The position numbers and the translations under genes are program-made. This document shows, piece by piece, positions 1 to 9,581 of a stretch of 64,000 bases of DNA (the stretch's first letter is position 1; each line of letters begins with the position of its first letter). A model generated the notes under the pieces. The model saw nothing but the letters and a program-made list of their open reading frames with translations, made no database searches and was not told the origin of the DNA. The stretch is from a virus, in the IMG/VR virus record IMGVR_UViG_3300043331_001676, positions 15,024-79,023 of that record. One strand, written 5' to 3'.

Positions 1-621
1 GCGTTTTTTGAGAAGCGCCCACACTTGCTTTGGCCCAATGTTTGGCTTGGTACGAGTGTCGAAAATCAGGAGCAAGCCGATAAGCGCATACCCGAATTGC
101 TCAGGACCCCGGCTCAGGTTCGTTTCCTGAGTTGTGAGCCGCTTTTGGAGCCGGTACGGTTGGCTGATGCGTGGTTATATGATTATGTAACTGATAGGCG
201 AGACGCTTGTTTTATTGATTGGGTCATTGTTGGCGGCGAATCAGGACCGCAGGCGAGGCCGATGCACCCCGAATGGGCGTGGCAAATCGAGCGGCAATGT
301 GAAGCGGCAGGCGTAGCCTTTTTCTTTAAGCAGCACGGCGAATTTATTAGCAAACCCGAAATTGCCGATTTGACCGAAGATGGATGGAAGGTCAGGCCAG
401 AATGGTTGCCGATGATTCAAGGTAGCCGGTGGGGTTGTCTTGACATCAACGGAAAGTACAGGCCGGAAACTACAACCTGGAATGGGCGGCAAAATGATCC
501 ACAGGATGATTATGAGGTTACGGTTTATAAGGTCGGCAAACATAACGCTGGTCGCCTGCTCGATGGCCGGACGTGGGACGAGTTCCCCGACACCGCCACG
601 CTTGAGCCGGCCACACTTTAA
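1..621 (+). CDS. DUF5131 / phage Gp37Gp68 family protein (5' partial)
   Basis: NVWLGTSVENQ, RFLSCEPLL, IDWVIVGGESG, FFFKQ-G and GRLLDGRTWDEFP motifs; frame open from base 1. Confidence 0.92.
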   Translation, partial: AFFEKRPHLLWPNVWLGTSVENQEQADKRIPELLRTPAQVRFLSCEPLLEPVRLADAWLYDYVTDRRDACFIDWVIVGGESGPQARPMHPEWAWQIERQCEAAGVAFFFKQHGEFISKPEIADLTEDGWKVRPEWLPMIQGSRWGCLDINGKYRPETTTWNGRQNDPQDDYEVTVYKVGKHNAGRLLDGRTWDEFPDTATLEPATL

Positions 622-638
622 TCTCTTGAGGGAGGGTT

Positions 639-947
639 ATGAGTATGCGAATCGGAGACAAAGCCACCTACACGGGCACGGCCTACCCCTGGGCCACCGG
701 CCGCGAAGTCGAGATCAAGGGGATCATCCGGGATAACCGGACCATCAAGGATAACGTGCTGCTGGACGCTACAGGCGGCACCCGGGAGAGCGACCACGTG
801 ATCTTCTCGCTGCTGGATGCCGATGGCTTCCGGTTTAGCGCGCCGGATGCGCGGCTGGGGGATTTTGAGGTGCAGCCGGTGATTGCTCAAGCGCCGCTGG
901 GTGCGGCCGTGGAGGCTGCCGAACCGGAATTCCTAACGCTCGTTTGA
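639..947 (+). CDS. Hypothetical phage protein
   Basis: GGAGGG RBS, co-directional ORF. Confidence 0.7.
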   Translation: MSMRIGDKATYTGTAYPWATGREVEIKGIIRDNRTIKDNVLLDATGGTRESDHVIFSLLDADGFRFSAPDARLGDFEVQPVIAQAPLGAAVEAAEPEFLTLV

Positions 948-1156
948 ACGTTGATTTCGGGATTCGAGTGTGATAGACTGAATAAAATAAAATTGCCTTG
1001 ACCCGTCCTGCCGCCAAGCTAAGCCGGGTCAAGGCTGATGACAGGAGTCCGCAGGTAAGGGCAAACTACCGTCTTTTGCTATTATACCATGCTTTGCCCC
1101 CGACCGGGCAAGTTTGCCGCCTCGCCTGTTGATTCCACAAACGGGATCAGCGATCA

Positions 1157-2707
1157 ATGCCAAAATACAAACCTATAGGTCAGGGCCAGGGTTGGACCGT
1201 TATTAAGGCTGATGTGCTAGATTACCTGGTTGGCTCGCTCTGGCTGCGCCAATACTACGGCGAATATTTCCATTTCCTGTTTGACGATTGGCCCTATAAC
1301 CTCGATTCTATCACCCGGCGGTTCGGCCCAGCGGGCAGCGCCCCGGCTCAATTTGGCCGGGACGGGGCCTTTGCCCGGCAGTCACGCGGATTCATGGGGC
1401 AAACCTGGGACACTGATTTGGCCTACCAGCCGGAAACCTGGACCACTATCCTACCCCATCTCTACCCCGGCGCGTTTACCGCCAGCTTCAGCCATCCCCG
1501 AAAGCAGCACCGACTGGCGCTGGCCCAGGAGTTAGCCAGGTTTGTGATAAATCCGGCGCTGTACCAGATCGGCTGGGTGTATGCAAGTGGCAAGCCGAGC
1601 GGGACGCGCATTGACACACAGATTGACCGGCGAGCTGGGGCCGAGCGGGAAGTGGTGGGGCAGGTAAAACGATGGGGTCACAATGCAGGGGCCGGCTCCG
1701 GCAGCTTCTATGCTAATGGATATCAGGCCACCACCGGCAGAGCGAAACTTGACGTTATTACTACCCCCGCCACCGCCCTGGCCCAAACCTGGGCCGGCCA
1801 TCAATACGGCTCACCCCTGGCCCCGGAACTGGAACCGATCATTATCGCTCAAGCTCCCTGGCCAGAGAACAGGCTCGATACCATCTTGAAAACCGGCGCA
1901 GGCGCGGTCAATATCGAGGCGGGGAAAAATGGGATGCCGGAACGGGGATACCCCGGCCACTTTATCCTCACGCATCATCCTGGATGTGGCTACCTGGGCG
2001 AGAAGCGGGTCAGGAACGGCAGCGGTGACGTGACCGGCCAGGAGCCGAGCAGCCAGGCTTACGGCAAGACATTAAACACTTACGCCGGGAACTTTAAGCC
2101 CAAACCCTATCAAGCCAAAGGGGACCAGGACGGCTATATCAGCGTCCCTGATTACGATTGCCACCCGGATTGCCCGGCCCGGCGGCTCGACGAGCAGGCG
2201 GGCGAAAAGAGTTACCACTTCTACCAGGCCGACTGGACGTATGATATTCAGGAGCGCCTGGCCGGGATCAATCCGCTTTATTACCAGGGCAAGGTCACTG
2301 CGCTTGAGCGCAATGCCGGCTGTGGCCAACTGCCGCTTAAGGAGAGGCGGCGAGTCAATCCGGGCGGGCTGGAACGAGAGAAGCGATTCGCGAGTACCTG
2401 GCAGCACAATGATCACCCTACCCTGAAAAGCATCAAGTTGTGCAAGTGGATTGCTGGCCTGTTTCTGCCGCCGGAGCAGTACCGGCCCAGGCGGGTCCTT
2501 GTGCCGACCTGTGGCACGGGCAGCGAAATGATCGGCTGCCTGCTGGCCGGGTGGGATGAGGTAATTGGGGTGGAATTAAATGCCGGTTACGCAGAGGTGG
2601 CCTGCCGGCGCCTGGAGTGGTGGTCCAGGCATCTGGAATGGGGCCTGAATGATGTGGACCGGATTATGGCCAGCGCCAGGACGGGCGCGGCCCAGGCAAT
2701 GTTTTAA
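1157..2707 (+). CDS. Site-specific DNA methyltransferase (N6/N4, beta-class-like) with atypical motifs
   Basis: N-terminal DWPY (DPPY-like), GFMGQTWD, HPTLK, C-terminal VPTCGTGS..IGVEL SAM-binding motif. Confidence 0.8.
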   Translation: MPKYKPIGQGQGWTVIKADVLDYLVGSLWLRQYYGEYFHFLFDDWPYNLDSITRRFGPAGSAPAQFGRDGAFARQSRGFMGQTWDTDLAYQPETWTTILPHLYPGAFTASFSHPRKQHRLALAQELARFVINPALYQIGWVYASGKPSGTRIDTQIDRRAGAEREVVGQVKRWGHNAGAGSGSFYANGYQATTGRAKLDVITTPATALAQTWAGHQYGSPLAPELEPIIIAQAPWPENRLDTILKTGAGAVNIEAGKNGMPERGYPGHFILTHHPGCGYLGEKRVRNGSGDVTGQEPSSQAYGKTLNTYAGNFKPKPYQAKGDQDGYISVPDYDCHPDCPARRLDEQAGEKSYHFYQADWTYDIQERLAGINPLYYQGKVTALERNAGCGQLPLKERRRVNPGGLEREKRFASTWQHNDHPTLKSIKLCKWIAGLFLPPEQYRPRRVLVPTCGTGSEMIGCLLAGWDEVIGVELNAGYAEVACRRLEWWSRHLEWGLNDVDRIMASARTGAAQAMF

Positions 2708-2773
2708 GCGGGTCCTTCGTAAATTCTAAACGAGCGTTTCAAAGTAAGGCGGCGGAGAAAAACAAGGAGTGCA

Positions 2774-3970
2774 ATGAATCACGACACATCTATCGAGGCC
2801 AGATTTGAAGGACATGAAGTCGTCGAAGCTGGCACAGCTACCATCCCTCACCTGCTTCTGTGGCATTATCGTGACCTGGGATTGGTGGATGCTCAATTCA
2901 CCCTGCTCACTCTGATCATTGCCAGGAAGTGGACCAGGGAAGCCCCCTATCCATCCCTGGCCCGGCTGCCCATGACCGCCAATTTGGACAGCCGGCGGCG
3001 CTATGTCCGGGACCTGCGCCAGAAGGGCCTCATTTTTACAAGCCGGCTTTACTGGACCAATAAGGACATAGAGGGAAATCCGAGCGCCAGGCCGGGGCGC
3101 GTCAGGTCCAATATATGGTATCTGGGCAGCCTTTTTCATAATCTGGTCAGGATTCACCGCTGGCTCCACGAAGGCAATCCCGCAGCATCATTTTGCGTTG
3201 AAATCCCCCTGACCACGATCAAGATGTTTCTCAAGGGCGATTTTCACGATACACCGGAATATATCATCAACATTATCAATCAGCAGACTCAGGGTGGGGT
3301 CGTTCTCAAGACAGTTACTCTACCGTGCGAAAAACGCACAGTAGGAAAATCTACTATGCGTTTTTCTAGTAGTAGTTTTTCTAGTAGTAGAAAAACGCAT
3401 AGTCATGAAGAAGAATCAGAGTCTAAGAAGAATCAAAAGAAAAAGAAGAATAAGGTAAAGGGCGCTGACGCGCCGCCTCTTCATGGGAGGAACAACCTGC
3501 CGGCAGAGGTGGCTATCAAAACCAGGGTTAAGGAAGTCTTTTGTCTAAAGACAGGCTTAAGCATGCCCCGACGCAAAACGGATCAAAACTTCTGGTGGTC
3601 CAACTTTGGCGAGATCGCCAGTATTGCCGAACAAAACATCGAGCGGGCCGAATGGCTGGTCGAGGAGGTCATTACTTACATGACAGATGAGCACCTGACT
3701 ATTTCCGGCCCGCAAAGCATTGTAAATCTGTGCCGGTCGTTAGCCGCCGGCCAGGTATTAGCAAAAGGAGGTACTAAGAAAGATGGACAAACTAGACGCA
3801 GTAATATCAAAGGTTTACGAGAAAACGGCAGCGATAACCCCATCAAGCCAATCTTCGACCCCGACACCGGGGAAGATTACTACGTTGACGCCCGATCCGG
3901 GCAGCGGGTCCATCCTGACGGCTGCCCCTGCTACGGGTGCCATCCAGAGCACCGACCCGACCCAGCCTGA
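2774..3970 (+). CDS. Phage replication initiator (lambda O-like)
   Basis: N-terminal wHTH-like region (YPSLARL), internal iteron/IR region followed by Lys/Glu-rich linker, immediately upstream of DnaC-like gene. Confidence 0.75.
   Translation: MNHDTSIEARFEGHEVVEAGTATIPHLLLWHYRDLGLVDAQFTLLTLIIARKWTREAPYPSLARLPMTANLDSRRRYVRDLRQKGLIFTSRLYWTNKDIEGNPSARPGRVRSNIWYLGSLFHNLVRIHRWLHEGNPAASFCVEIPLTTIKMFLKGDFHDTPEYIINIINQQTQGGVVLKTVTLPCEKRTVGKSTMRFSSSSFSSSRKTHSHEEESESKKNQKKKKNKVKGADAPPLHGRNNLPAEVAIKTRVKEVFCLKTGLSMPRRKTDQNFWWSNFGEIASIAEQNIERAEWLVEEVITYMTDEHLTISGPQSIVNLCRSLAAGQVLAKGGTKKDGQTRRSNIKGLRENGSDNPIKPIFDPDTGEDYYVDARSGQRVHPDGCPCYGCHPEHRPDPA
3329..3450. promoter_or_regulatory. Putative replication origin (iterons plus A-rich tract) inside the initiator gene
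   Basis: GAAAAACGCA(C/T)AGT at 3329 and 3390; 16-bp inverted repeat 3353-3368/3388-3403; direct TTTTTCTAGTAGTAG repeat; A-rich run downstream. Confidence 0.7.
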
Positions 3971-4829
3971 TCCCTTCGATGAACCCTTCGACCGCGCCCT
4001 TCGACAGGCTCAGGACAGCGCTCAGGAAGTTCTCAGGGCGCAGCCCTGCCCGGCCTGCGGCGGGACCGGCTTTTTCCGCCTCGATGCCCCGGTCGGTGCG
4101 CCCGGCTTTGGCCGCCTGGAAGCCTGCGATCACCCCAACCATACCCCAGTGAGGTTGGCCCGCCTGTCCGGCCTATCTAGCCTGCTTCCGGCTGAGGCAA
4201 AAAAGCGGCTTAAGGACATAAGGTCCAATAGCAAAAATGGCGAGGTCCTGGAGGCGGCCAGGGAGATGATTCGCAATCCGCGCGGCTGGTGGCTGTACCT
4301 GTACGGCAAGGCTGGCAACGCCAAGAGCGATGTCCTTCTGGCCGTCCACAACGAGATCAATGCCGCAGGCCGGGGTCCGGCGCTCTACGTTGAATTCACC
4401 CGGCTGCTGAACTGGATCACCGAAGCCCACAACGAGAAGGATTATCGCAGCAAATTCCTGGCCGGCGGGGGCGGGAAAGAGGGGGGGATGCCCGACAGTC
4501 TCGGCTACCAGGCCCGCCTGGACCGGATTACGGCCCTCCCGGTCATCCTCATTGACGAATTCGACAAGGCTCGGATGACCGACTTCCGGGAAGAGTTCCT
4601 GTTCGAGTTCCTGAACACCCGCTGGCGGCAGGCCGTGGCCGGGGAGACGGCCACCCTGTTTGCCGGCCAGACCGCGCCCATTGACTGGCCCGACCCGATC
4701 CGCAGCCGGATTGAAGACGGGCGTTTCAAAGTCGTCCACAACCTGGCCGGCGATGCCCGACGGGCGATGAAAAGAACCCTTCGACCCTTCGACTTCGCTC
4801 AGGAAGTTCAAGCTCAGGATGGGAGGTGA
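3783..4829 (+). CDS. DnaC/IstB-like helicase loader ATPase
   Basis: CPACGGTG..C Zn motif, Walker A variant GKAGNAKS, Walker B ILIDEFD, RSRI arginine finger; AGGAGG RBS. Confidence 0.85.
   Translation: MDKLDAVISKVYEKTAAITPSSQSSTPTPGKITTLTPDPGSGSILTAAPATGAIQSTDPTQPDPFDEPFDRALRQAQDSAQEVLRAQPCPACGGTGFFRLDAPVGAPGFGRLEACDHPNHTPVRLARLSGLSSLLPAEAKKRLKDIRSNSKNGEVLEAAREMIRNPRGWWLYLYGKAGNAKSDVLLAVHNEINAAGRGPALYVEFTRLLNWITEAHNEKDYRSKFLAGGGGKEGGMPDSLGYQARLDRITALPVILIDEFDKARMTDFREEFLFEFLNTRWRQAVAGETATLFAGQTAPIDWPDPIRSRIEDGRFKVVHNLAGDARRAMKRTLRPFDFAQEVQAQDGR
3972..4037 (+). repeat. Triple-nested CCCTTCGAC-N3-CTCAGG REP-like element
   Basis: Three CCCTTCGA starts followed by three CTCAGG ends, in frame in the DnaC-like gene. 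Confidence 0.85.
4777..4819 (+). repeat. Double-nested REP-like element
   Basis: CCCTTCGA[CCCTTCGACTTCGCTCAGGA]AGTTCAAGCTCAGGA at the DnaC C-terminus. Confidence 0.8.
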
Positions 4830-4832
4830 ACG

Positions 4833-5243
4833 ATGTGGCTCTTTACAACCTTCGGCTTTTTCTCTGTCGTCAAAAAGCACGGCGACACAGATTTAACCGT
4901 TCGCGCTCGTGTGGCCGCCGACCTGGACAATCTCAGAACGCGCGTTCCCGAACTCTCGGAGACTATTGCCACCCCGGACCAGGATTACCCGTACCGGGCC
5001 ACCGTCTCGGCGGTAAACCTGGCTATCGGCCTGGGTGAGGCGATCCAGGAGATTGACTACGATAACTTCAAGGCCGAGGGACCCATTGGGCCGACACTGG
5101 CCCGGCGGCAGGGCTATTTCCGGGCCGGGATGTACAGCCAGGTCTGGATGGGGCTGCATAACCTGCCTTATGAAGCGGGAAACCCTTCGACCTTGCTGGC
5201 CTCTCCGGGCCACTTCGTCTGGACAGGCCCTGATGTCAAGTAA
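4833..5243 (+). CDS. Hypothetical phage protein
   Basis: GGAGGT RBS; MWLFTTFGFFSVV..VRAR..DYPYRA..IDYDNFK pattern recurrent in phage proteins. Confidence 0.8.
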   Translation: MWLFTTFGFFSVVKKHGDTDLTVRARVAADLDNLRTRVPELSETIATPDQDYPYRATVSAVNLAIGLGEAIQEIDYDNFKAEGPIGPTLARRQGYFRAGMYSQVWMGLHNLPYEAGNPSTLLASPGHFVWTGPDVK

Positions 5244-5460
5244 ACGCCGCCGGCGCAGGCGCGAGTGCGAGGGCAAGCAGCGCTTCGAGAGTCCCGAAGC
5301 GGCAGGCCGGATGATCGGCTGGCTGGCCCGCATTGGCCGGCTCAGGCCCGGCACCCACGCCTACCCCTGCGATTTCGGCAACCACTGGCACATTGGCCGG
5401 GGCAGGAGAGGGCTGCGCCGGCAGCGGATCAAGAGCTGGCAGTGGAATATGGGAGTATGA
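5233..5460 (+). CDS. Small basic Cys/His protein
   Basis: ATG at 5233; C-x-GKQRF...AYPC..GNHWHIG motif. Confidence 0.65.
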   Translation: MSSKRRRRRRECEGKQRFESPEAAGRMIGWLARIGRLRPGTHAYPCDFGNHWHIGRGRRGLRRQRIKSWQWNMGV

Positions 5461-5461
5461 G

Positions 5462-6763
5462 ATGACTTTAGTAAAACAAACCAACCGCCGTATCTCTTTT
5501 TTTGACGACCAGCGCTTAACTCAGAGCGAGGCTATCGAGCTGACCGCGCAGGCGCTTATCTACTACATCGGCCAGTACCCGGACGTGGTTGTGTCCTATT
5601 CCGGCGGCAAAGACAGCACGTCTTTGCTGACCCTGCTCCTGGTTCTGATCGAAGCCGGGCGGGTGCCCCGGCCCAGGTCGCTGCGGGTGCTCCTGGCTAA
5701 TACGCGGGTCGAACTGCCCCTGCTGCACCTGGCGGCCCTCCAGATCATGCAGATCGTGCGAGAAAAGGGCTACCTGGCACAGGTGGTCGAGCCTCCCCTG
5801 GATGACAGGTTTTTTGTGCGCATGTTCGGCTTTGGCTATCCACCCCCACACAATGGCTTTCGCTGGTGCACCGATCTCTTAAAACTCAAGCCGATGCTGA
5901 CCGCGCTATTAGCGGCGCGCCAGGCTGCCGGCCAGAAATTTCTGGCCTTGACCGGGATGCGTATTGGGGAATCAGCCATGCGCGATCAGCGGATTGTCCT
6001 GGCCTGTGGCAGCAAGGATGGCGAGTGCGGCCAGGGAGCTATCCTGGCCCAGGCCCAGGAGAAGGCCAGGAAGGGTGGGGATAAATTTGGCCTGTACGAA
6101 AGCTCCCCGATCTCTTACCTTTTTACCCACACCCCGGCCAGTGAACCCGCCGATGTGCTTTCGCCCTTGCTTCACTGGCGTGTCTGCCATGTGGCCGACT
6201 GGCTGATGCTGGAAGCGCCTTCCTACGGCTTCCCCACCCATCGTGTGCTGGAAGCTTACGGGGCGGGCGTGGGCGATAGTGAACCGCTCGAGGCCCGCAC
6301 CGGCTGCATCGCCTGCCCGGTCGCGGGTAACGGCGATCCGGTCCTGGTCAAGACCACCAGGCTGCCGGGCTGGGAGTACCTGCGGCCCCTGCTGCGCCTG
6401 CGCGACCTGTACAACGAACTATCCAGGCCGAAGTACCGTCTCAAAAAGTCCGGCGAGCGCAACAAGGACGGCAAGTTATCCTCCCGGCCCAACCGGGGCG
6501 GACCACTTTTATTTGAGTCACGCCTGTATGGGATGGAGCAGGTATTGCGGATCCAGGCCGAGGTGAATGAAGGCGCGCGAGCTGCGGGCCGGCCCGAGCT
6601 GGTCTTGATCAGCGACGAGGAAAAGACCCGCATCCTGGAACTTATCGAGGCTGAAACCTGGCCTCAGAAATGGAGCGGGGATGATCTCCGGGGGGATGCG
6701 CTGGTAGACCTGGTGGTAGGCGAAGGATTGACCCAGCCGGTTTTGGCCGGGCTGAAAATATAA
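5462..6763 (+). CDS. PAPS-reductase-family PP-loop protein, DndC-like
   Basis: SYSGGKDS PP-loop, GYPPP..FRWCT..LK..P, GMRIGES, RTGCIAC, C-terminal GPL..R; start re-called at ATG 5462. Confidence 0.85.
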   Translation: MTLVKQTNRRISFFDDQRLTQSEAIELTAQALIYYIGQYPDVVVSYSGGKDSTSLLTLLLVLIEAGRVPRPRSLRVLLANTRVELPLLHLAALQIMQIVREKGYLAQVVEPPLDDRFFVRMFGFGYPPPHNGFRWCTDLLKLKPMLTALLAARQAAGQKFLALTGMRIGESAMRDQRIVLACGSKDGECGQGAILAQAQEKARKGGDKFGLYESSPISYLFTHTPASEPADVLSPLLHWRVCHVADWLMLEAPSYGFPTHRVLEAYGAGVGDSEPLEARTGCIACPVAGNGDPVLVKTTRLPGWEYLRPLLRLRDLYNELSRPKYRLKKSGERNKDGKLSSRPNRGGPLLFESRLYGMEQVLRIQAEVNEGARAAGRPELVLISDEEKTRILELIEAETWPQKWSGDDLRGDALVDLVVGEGLTQPVLAGLKI

Positions 6764-6795
6764 AAGATAGTGAGATATTTTACAGGAGGTGCAAT

Positions 6796-7935
6796 ATGAC
6801 CAATCAAATTCAAACGACGCCAATCACAATACCGCTGGCCAAATTAAAAACAGGCCGGTACCAGCAGCGCAAGGCGTTTGATGTAGCCGAGATGGGCGGC
6901 CTGGCCCGGACAATAAAAGCCGGCAAGCTAATGTTTCCACCTATGGTTATGGCAGTCAACGGCCATTATGAGCTGATTGCCGGCGACCGGCGTCGGCGCG
7001 CGCTGTATGCCCTGGCCCTGGAATCAGACGGCATGGGGATGGACCAGGCTTTAACCCTGGTTTGCAGTCCGACCGTAGACCAACTGCCGGACCGCTTCCC
7101 GGTGCTGCACAAGATAACAGTGCAGGTCAATCTGAGCCAGGAAACCGACCCTGCCACCCTGCAAACCCTGGCAGCAATCGAGAACCTGCAACGGGTTGAT
7201 TTGACCCCACTGGAGAAAGCAGTGGGGTTTCAAAGTCTGCTCGATGACGGCCTGACCCTGGCCGAGGTTGTCGAGCGTACCGGCGAAAAAGCCTCTTCCA
7301 TCAAGCGCTATCTGGCCCTGCTCTCGCTGCCGGAGCCTGTTCAGGAACATTTCGACAAGCGGCGTATCCCCCTTGATGTCCTGAAAGAACTGAGCGGGCT
7401 GCCCAAAGAAGTACAAATCCAGGTAGCCGAAAAGATGGCAGGCCGCAAAAGTAGTGAAATCAAGGCGCTGGTCAAGATGGTTCAGAAGCGGCTGTCTAAC
7501 TCGCCTCGTGCAACCCCCGGTAACGGATTATCAACGCTGCCGGCGTCGGAAACGGAAGGGGTATCGCTCGGTCTGGATAGTACAGAAGTGGAAGCCAATG
7601 CGATAGAAACCCGGCCCGCCTCGATTCGGGAGCAGTTGGCCGGGGCGAAGGAGATAATCTCCAAACTCACCATGCAGCTTCACCTGGATAGCCGGTTACT
7701 TAGAATGTGCGCGGAAGAGTTAATTGCTTGCACTCCCGACTCGCGCGTAGCGCTGATAGCCAACGCCAGAGCTGAGCAAATCGAGCGGTCAATCAAGCTG
7801 CGCAAGCGGCAGCCGCCGGTGGCCCAGGTGCAGCGTGGTCTAAAGATCGAGCGCTTCATGGAGAAGCGGCAGCGTGGCATCAGGCTTCGTCCTGAAGCTC
7901 AGCCCGAAGGGAGGCGAGATGCCCAACCTGGTTGA
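6796..7935 (+). CDS. ParB/RepB/Spo0J family protein
   Basis: YELIAGDRRRRA, ENLQRVDLTPLEKA and following HTH. Confidence 0.9.
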   Translation: MTNQIQTTPITIPLAKLKTGRYQQRKAFDVAEMGGLARTIKAGKLMFPPMVMAVNGHYELIAGDRRRRALYALALESDGMGMDQALTLVCSPTVDQLPDRFPVLHKITVQVNLSQETDPATLQTLAAIENLQRVDLTPLEKAVGFQSLLDDGLTLAEVVERTGEKASSIKRYLALLSLPEPVQEHFDKRRIPLDVLKELSGLPKEVQIQVAEKMAGRKSSEIKALVKMVQKRLSNSPRATPGNGLSTLPASETEGVSLGLDSTEVEANAIETRPASIREQLAGAKEIISKLTMQLHLDSRLLRMCAEELIACTPDSRVALIANARAEQIERSIKLRKRQPPVAQVQRGLKIERFMEKRQRGIRLRPEAQPEGRRDAQPG

Positions 7936-9280
7936 TGAAGCAGTCCGCCAACTTGATACAGCCCTGGTCTGGCTCGAAGTACCGCAAGGCAACCGTCGCT
8001 ATGGGTGGCATCGGCAGGAAGATGCGGTTCTGCGCCGGTGGTGGGGGAAAATTCCCCGGCCCGAACTGGCCCGGCGCGTTACCGGCGCGCTGCGTCAGGC
8101 AACCGGAGACAATCAAGCCGAACGGAGCATCAATGCCTGCATGAACCGGGCCGCTGAATTGGCCCTTGTCGCCTATGACGGTGAGCCGGGGGAAACTTAT
8201 CTCAAGCGGCTTTGCGAGGAGTCGAATGCCCCCTATGAAATGGCGCACAAGTCGGTCAGAGACGGCGAACTGGCCGCGACGAAAAAAGGCAAGAAACTGT
8301 ACGTCACCGACCTGGCCTGGGCGCTGTGGCTGACAAGCTACCGTGAACGGCTGCTCACTCAAGGCGAGGTTCTGAACGCGCTTGAAGGCGAAGTGGTCCT
8401 GACCAAGCGTGAGGCAATGAAATTTACCTGCCTGTCTGAAACTCATCTCGCCCGGTATTTACAGACCGGGGTTATCCAGGCGTGGCTGCTGCCGGGTATC
8501 AAAACCGGCAGGCCGGGAGAGTGGCTGGTGAGTAAAGCTTCAGCCGAAGCTTTTGTTCAGGCGCGTTCAGAAGGCCGGCTGCGGGCGCTGCTAGATCAAA
8601 ACCCGAAGTATGTAGCCTTGAGAAACCAATTGACCGGCCAAATTGGCGGGCTGCGCCGGGCCGGCCGGTTAAACGATGCCGACCCTCTGACAGAGCCGCA
8701 AAGCCTTTACCATCCCGGCTGCTTCACCATCAAGCAGGTGGCCTCTCACCTGGACCTATCTACCCAGGCCGTGCACGAGGCAATTGCCACTGGCCGGGTC
8801 AAAGCAAAAATCATCGTTAAAGGCGGCCGGCCACGCTACGCGATCACGCCGGAGGAGGCCCGGCGCTACGCCGGGCAGGTAAAGAGCCAGTCTGATACCG
8901 CTATCCGGCGCGACACCTGGTATCTGCGCCAGATTAAAGAGGCGAGACTGCTTACGGTACGCGACCTGGCCGAGCGCTGGCATAGATCGGAAGCGACGGT
9001 TCTTTTATGGGCCAAAAAAGCGGGTCTGCCGCGCCGCCGCTGGGGCCGGTACTGGGTCTTTGAACCGGAAGCTCTTGCTTCATTTGAAGCCACTAATTTC
9101 TTGACCCTGAGCGACCTGGCCCAGCGGTGGGGTAAATCTCCCGCTACGGCCGGGTTGTGGACCCGGCAGGCCGGATTACCCAGACGCCGGTGGGGCCGGG
9201 GGTGGGTATTTGAGCTTGACGTTATCACCTCGTTTGAAACCAGGAAGGGAATTCAGGGTGAAGCAGTTAGATTTTCTTGA
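7919..9280 (+). CDS. Multi-HTH (excisionase/MerR-like repeats) DNA-binding protein
   Basis: Several LT..E/D(L/A)A..-type wHTH modules, the last two near-tandem (LTVRDLAERW../LTLSDLAQRW..GLPRRRWGR.WVFE). Confidence 0.7.
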   Translation: MPNLVDEAVRQLDTALVWLEVPQGNRRYGWHRQEDAVLRRWWGKIPRPELARRVTGALRQATGDNQAERSINACMNRAAELALVAYDGEPGETYLKRLCEESNAPYEMAHKSVRDGELAATKKGKKLYVTDLAWALWLTSYRERLLTQGEVLNALEGEVVLTKREAMKFTCLSETHLARYLQTGVIQAWLLPGIKTGRPGEWLVSKASAEAFVQARSEGRLRALLDQNPKYVALRNQLTGQIGGLRRAGRLNDADPLTEPQSLYHPGCFTIKQVASHLDLSTQAVHEAIATGRVKAKIIVKGGRPRYAITPEEARRYAGQVKSQSDTAIRRDTWYLRQIKEARLLTVRDLAERWHRSEATVLLWAKKAGLPRRRWGRYWVFEPEALASFEATNFLTLSDLAQRWGKSPATAGLWTRQAGLPRRRWGRGWVFELDVITSFETRKGIQGEAVRFS

Positions 9281-9551
9281 GATCGTGCAAAAGACCTCGT
9301 TCGACTTCAAACACCACCCTGATCCCGAAATGGTTTTTGGTGATTTAAAAGTGGGCGACTGGTTTCAGATAATTACCTGGGTTAGCGGGGAATGGCACAC
9401 GATTTCTGAGGTTTTTGTTCGGGTGGATCAATCTGATGTTTCATTTCCTAACAGCATCGCTCTTGAACGCGACAGGCGGTATCCTTACCGGCTCGCCACA
9501 ACCTCATTTTTTAAAGATGTGCCGGTCAGGCTGGTAATAAAATCTGCATAA
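9258..9551 (+). CDS. Hypothetical protein
   Basis: GTG start overlapping upstream gene end. Confidence 0.55.
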   Translation: MKQLDFLEIVQKTSFDFKHHPDPEMVFGDLKVGDWFQIITWVSGEWHTISEVFVRVDQSDVSFPNSIALERDRRYPYRLATTSFFKDVPVRLVIKSA

Positions 9552-9581
9552 TTCAAGTAAAAAGAGACGAAGGATCCCAAT

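Noticed and set aside
5462-6763. Complete Dnd phosphorothioation system or sulfate-assimilation CysH
   Set aside because: No dndA/B/D/E or cys genes recognised; only the DndC-like gene is supported
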